DNA of 64,000 bases from Aplysia californica. Lineage: Eukaryota. The translations under genes and the position numbers were made by a program. The notes under the pieces were generated by a model that ran no database searches, had not been told where the DNA came from, and saw nothing but the letters and a program-made list of their open reading frames with translations. Of the stretch, positions 59,256 to 64,000 are shown in pieces. The DNA lies in contig NW_004798433.1 of NCBI RefSeq assembly GCF_000002075.1, forward strand, positions 40,447-104,446, written 5' to 3'. The stretch's first letter is position 1, and every line of letters begins with the position of its first letter.

Positions 59256-61614
59256 CCTCACATTTATGTATTATCATCGCCCAGTGGGAGTTGATTTATT
59301 CTCATTTTTGTCCCTCCCTCACGGGTTGGAAAAGCATGTTTTCTATTCAGGCTCTCTCACTGCTAAAAGCTCTTGTCTTTCTTTGTTTCTTTTTCATTGT
59401 CCTGGTTGGTTCACTGAGTCATTGCAAGTGAATTAAGTCTTCTTCTTTTGTCTTTGTCCAGTTCTTGCTAGTCTCCTATTTGATTGAAATGGTGTTTATT
59501 TGCCTTTTAGTCCGTTTCCTTCCTTTGTAAATGTTCATCTGAGAAGTTGATTAATTTCTACTTATTGTATATATTTGTGAGATGTGGCCATAAATTCTGA
59601 GCAAGGGACTTTCTTTCTACCATGGTAATAGTAGCAAATTGTATATCTATTGAAGTAAAATATTGTAGATAAAGGGTTTGAAAATTACACCAGTGATTAA
59701 TCTAAAATTGTTTTGCACCCAGCAGAAGTGGGTAGATCACCTGTTTGTTTTTGTGGGTGGTTCTTTTTTTTTTTTTAATTGTAAAATAATACCGTCAGAT
59801 GCTGACATAAATTTGTGTTGAATTTTTCGTACATGAATTGAGTTGCGGAATTTTGTCAATTTACGTCAAACGTCCAAACACAGTCTCAAGAAAACATTTT
59901 TGGTGCCTACTACCTTGGGGACGGGTGGGTTTTTTTTGGTGGTTTGAGGTATGAATTGACAATAAACAAAAATTTTGTTATTGAGAAGTGAATAATAAAT
60001 CAAAGCAACGTAATGGTTCTCGAAGGAAAATGCTGTGTTTGTAGACTACCTTTGGTCAGTAAAATGCTTTTGTCTATGACTGCCTTTCTTTATGATTTGA
60101 CTAGTTTTTGCAAACAGAGAGGTACCTGGCTATATTTTGCTCTGCGAATTTGTAGTTTGCAGATTATAAGAACGAAAAGATTCAAAAGTTTTTGTAATCG
60201 CTAAAGCAAGAAGTTGATATAATGAAACCACAGTTCTCAAATTTAAATACATTCCGATTACATCGAGGTGAACTCTTCATGCAGAGCATATTTTATTGTT
60301 AAGCTGTTTGTGCTTTAAAGGGTCTCTCATTTGATTTGACCTTTTCTTTCTCCACTTTAAGCTGCTGCCTGTTCTGTGTGTGATCTTCTCTCATTGATGT
60401 GCCTTCCTGTGGTCAGGAAACCTACTCTGTCTCTCACACTGTGGTGCCAAGTTTAATGTGTTGTGAGAAAATCCCGAAATTTTGTCCTCGTTAATTTACT
60501 TAAAACATTAAAAACTGTGTGATCATTTCTCTCACGGTTAAGGAACCAAAGGGAACGACTGCGTTCATTTTTTTCTTGTTGATACAACTCCTGGATCGGT
60601 CAAATATTTATATCGGCTTCTTTACTTGAAGTAGGTAAAGTCACATATTTGAGGTATGTTACAATGTACTCTACCTGCCGACAGACTGAACCACAAGCGT
60701 TGGTTTCTGCAAGTTTATATATCGGAGCACTATGACAGCCAAGTGTATGGTACAGTGAATAGAATCTAGTTTCTTTCTCCACCACTCCTCCCCCTTTAAA
60801 TGAGGTTGTGTAGAGCGCTGATTAAAAATCTAAGAGGTGTAGAGATACGAAAAACACACACATTGACTGCTTAGTGTAAGAAGACGCCACCTTACGCTAT
60901 TTTGAAAAATGGCATGCGATGGATTCTTTCACTGAGTAGTCAATGTGATATAAATAACAATCCATTAGAAAGAGACGAGGTCCTTGTGGGTTTTCCCTGT
61001 CCAAAGAGTTTTCTTTGCACTTTTGTGTTTTGTCCGTGAGAAGAATAATATCCATATTAGGCCTTTCCGTTCTCTGTGATTTTCATTTGTATCATCTCAT
61101 TCCCTGTGTTCTCACTGTGAACCACCATACCATAATCAGATTTCTGCCAAATGGTTGATTTTGCTGTTTTATTCATTATGTTTCTGTACTACATGTGCCA
61201 TAATAATAATGACGTGTATTTCGCGCACAGTATACAGAGATGTGTGTGTGTGCTGTTGCACTCTTATGGTCTGCTCAACGATACATTTCAATAAGTGGTG
61301 GGTCTTTTGCATGTGAACAAATACCAGTCTCAAAAGCTCAATAATTTGTGTTTGATATGGGGAATATGTTTGTGTGTTTGAATATGCATTTGTTTGGGGG
61401 TTATTTTTTAAGGGTGAAATGTATGATTCTTCCTCTGAGGGTGGTTGATAATTTAACTTCATCAATGAAAAATTACGAGTTATTTTTCAAAGCTGTTTTT
61501 GCAGTGTAATATATTACTACTGTACACCCTTTTTTGTTTTTTGTTTTGTTTTGTTAAAATACAGCATGACTTGAATTCACAATTGTTTTCCCCTTACCCT
61601 GCGGGGCGATGATA

Positions 61615-61865
61615 CTGACTGAAGTGTCTTTAGGCCATTCTCAAAGGGCGGGGGGGGGACATTAATAATGTTCTTATGCACAGAAGAATTGTAAATGGGC
61701 TGATTCATCAATGTCATGCTATGCTCATAACTGTGCCTGAACTGCAATAGGGAACTGCTGCTTTTTCTTTCCTAATCCTTACTGTCATCATTTTCCTCTA
61801 CTTCTTTTGTATGTTTGTCACATCCTTGTGACCCCCTATTTCCAGGATGCCTTGATAGTCGAAGT
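61615..61865 (+). mobile_element. Family C retroelement fragment
   Basis: Reverse-complement match to 11440-11690. Confidence 0.7.
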
Positions 61866-62751
61866 TTTTTCTGGACGTTTCCGAGATTGCATGACAATTT
61901 TTGCATCTCCTGGTTGTATCAGCTATTTCAATGCTTACTTCCCTTGGAATGTGAACGAACTCAAGTTCTGATAGTGTGGCTTCCTTTGCAAAGAACTCCT
62001 GTTTATTTGTTTATTATTCTAAAGGGGGGGATTATGGTGGCTTTGCTGTCCAGTGAGTGCCCAGCTCATTCTAGAAGACTCCACCTCCCACCTCCTCAAG
62101 CAAATTTAAAATCAGTGCTTGTCTAAAAGCTGAAATAAAATCGGTGTAAACAGAATTTTTAAAAAATATTTTCTAAAACGGTTTGCGACTGGCAGCAAAT
62201 GTTGGAATGGCCAAGATCACTAAGGTTTGGAAGGTGGTTATGTAAATGTCTAGGTTGCTCAATTTATTTAATGAGAAGGCTTTAGGCCGCACATGATTTG
62301 AAATCTTGCAGGGCACAGCAGAAGAAAAAGAAAGAAAGCCATATTTTGATATATATATAATATATAGAAGAGTCTGCCTAAACCTATATCTGTGGAATCG
62401 CCAGATTTGGGGGGTTAAGCTGATATTTTGTTTGTTTTTTGTTTTGGGTTTTTTTTTTGTTTAGAGACGCTGCCTTGTATCTGTGAAAGGGCTGCCAAAT
62501 ATTGTGTATATATTGCCATTAATGTGTCCCCTCCCAAAGATGGGTATTGCTAAGTTCATAATATTATATTTTACATTTTACACTGCCAATGAATCATGGT
62601 GAATGCTTCTGATGAATACAAGTTTGCGTATTTATTGTATTTGTTGTCACCATGTTAAAGAATGAGTGATTGAGTGTTTGTTGTCTTTGGAACGTGGGTT
62701 GATTCCTGAGAGCTTTTCTTCAGACTATTTGTAATCTGTTGATGTTTTGTG

Positions 62752-63115
62752 AGGGATTGAAGGGTGCCCTGGTGTGGTTCGCTCCTTTTTTCCCATTAAA
62801 TATTTATCGTCCTTAACTCTTATCCTTCTTTTCTTTTTTGTGTTAGTCACTCGTAACAAACACAAAAAAGGAGGGGGATAAAGACGATAGATGTTCTTCT
62901 TTCCTATCAAACATCTATCGTCTTTATCCCCCTCTCCTTCTTTATTGTGTTTGTTAATTTCTTTTAACACCTCTAATCTTCGGCGCTTATAATGACGTTA
63001 TTGTTATGCAAGCGCCGTAAAACTCTCACTAAAACATCTCTTGTAACATCTTTAGTCTTCGGCTGTTGTGAATGCCCTATTTGTGTTGCAAGTGCCGAAA
63101 ACTCTTACTGAAACC
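62752..63115 (+). mobile_element. Cluster of rearranged SINE family B copies, including an inverted segment
   Basis: Several head, body and tail pieces; 25-bp perfect inverted repeat at 62871-62934. Confidence 0.7.
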
Positions 63116-63138
63116 TTGTTTTTAGGGGGGGGAGGTTG

Positions 63139-63238
63139 NNNNNNNNNNNNNNNNNNNNNNNNNNNNNNNNNNNNNNNNNNNNNNNNNNNNNNNNNNNNNN
63201 NNNNNNNNNNNNNNNNNNNNNNNNNNNNNNNNNNNNNN
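63139..63238. other. Assembly gap (100 N)
   Basis: N characters. Confidence 1.
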
Positions 63239-63628
63239 GGGGGGAGATGTCCTTTGCTATTGAATTCTATTGATGTCATTTCCTGATGTCTTTCATATAT
63301 CTGGTTGAATCTGATTTTGCCCCCTTTGTTTTCTTCAATAATGTTGAAGGGATGTGATGGGTAGGTGTTTCTCTGTAACTGTCAAGGCAATAACTGTCTC
63401 TTTGGCATCCTGGCTTTTCGTACATGCTTTAGTGATAACCCAATTGCTTTGATGACCCTCCATACCTTTCAAGGTTGAAATAATAAATCTACTGCCAAAC
63501 AAGATTGTAGTTATAATGCTTCTTTTTGTTTTTGTTTGGTTTTTTTGTGGGGGGGGGGGTATTGTTTCCCCCTTTAAAGAGGGTCATAGGTGTTTGTGCT
63601 GCGTGTTGCTTGTGTTGGTTAGCAATTG

Positions 63629-63814
63629 AGGATGATTGGTGGATGCTCTGGTATGGTATGCTCTTTCTTTCCTATCCGACACTTATCTCTTTCATATCTC
63701 CTTCTTTTCTTTGTGTATGTCATTCTCTGGTACCAACTCTACTAATCGTTGGTACTTATATTATGACTTGATTGTGTTGCTAGGGCCGTTAAACTCTTAC
63801 TAAAACCAAACTAA
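63629..63814 (+). mobile_element. Short SINE family B
   Basis: Aligns with the other copies. Confidence 0.7.
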
Positions 63815-63900
63815 GTAAGGCTCCCCTCCATTGTGTGCAACAGATGTCAGTCCCATACTCGTGTGGAGATATTTTATCAAGTGTCTCCATTTTTCCCGGT

Positions 63901-64000
63901 GAGTGATTGGCGAGTGCTCCAGTGTGGTTTGCTGCTTTTTTACTACAAAACATCTTACTGCCTTATCTCTTCTCCTTCCTTTTATGTTTGTTACTTTCTT
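63901..64000 (+). mobile_element. Short SINE family B (runs off the window end)
   Basis: gagtgattggcgagtgctccagtgtggtttgc head. Confidence 0.65.

Overview
Intron-rich, AT-rich animal genomic DNA. The repeat landscape suggests a lophotrochozoan, probably a mollusc, but that is inference. The window holds two divergent (head-to-head) protein-coding genes that I spliced by hand with consistent exon phases. (1) Minus strand: a PCMTD1/2-type gene with 4 coding exons (17594->9352, ~685 aa). It has a PIMT-like methyltransferase fold and a split SOCS box with an ~415-aa acidic spacer. (2) Plus strand: an l(3)mbt / L3MBTL1-3-4-type gene with 22 coding exons (31109->57629, ~1510 aa). It has a long low-complexity N-terminus, an FCS finger, 3 MBT repeats, two CCHHC fingers, a SAM domain and one GC-AG intron. 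Introns and UTRs carry many mobile elements: a degenerate near-full-length RTE LINE, 5' and 3' fragments of a second RTE lineage, a bipartite non-autonomous RTE derivative, several SINE families, and Tc1/pogo-, hAT- and piggyBac-type MITEs. The most interesting signals are RNA structures at RTE 5' termini. One is a degenerate HDV-like double-pseudoknot ribozyme at ~21245-21427. The other is a different, covarying motif (hairpin with AGAAUA, then UG...UGUCG-7nt-CGACUAA) seen in two divergent copies at 16571-16666 and 51971-52070. It sits where RTEs carry self-cleaving ribozymes and is a candidate, possibly hatchet-like or new, ribozyme. No prokaryotic system or CRISPR array is supported. All structure and homology calls were made by eye.
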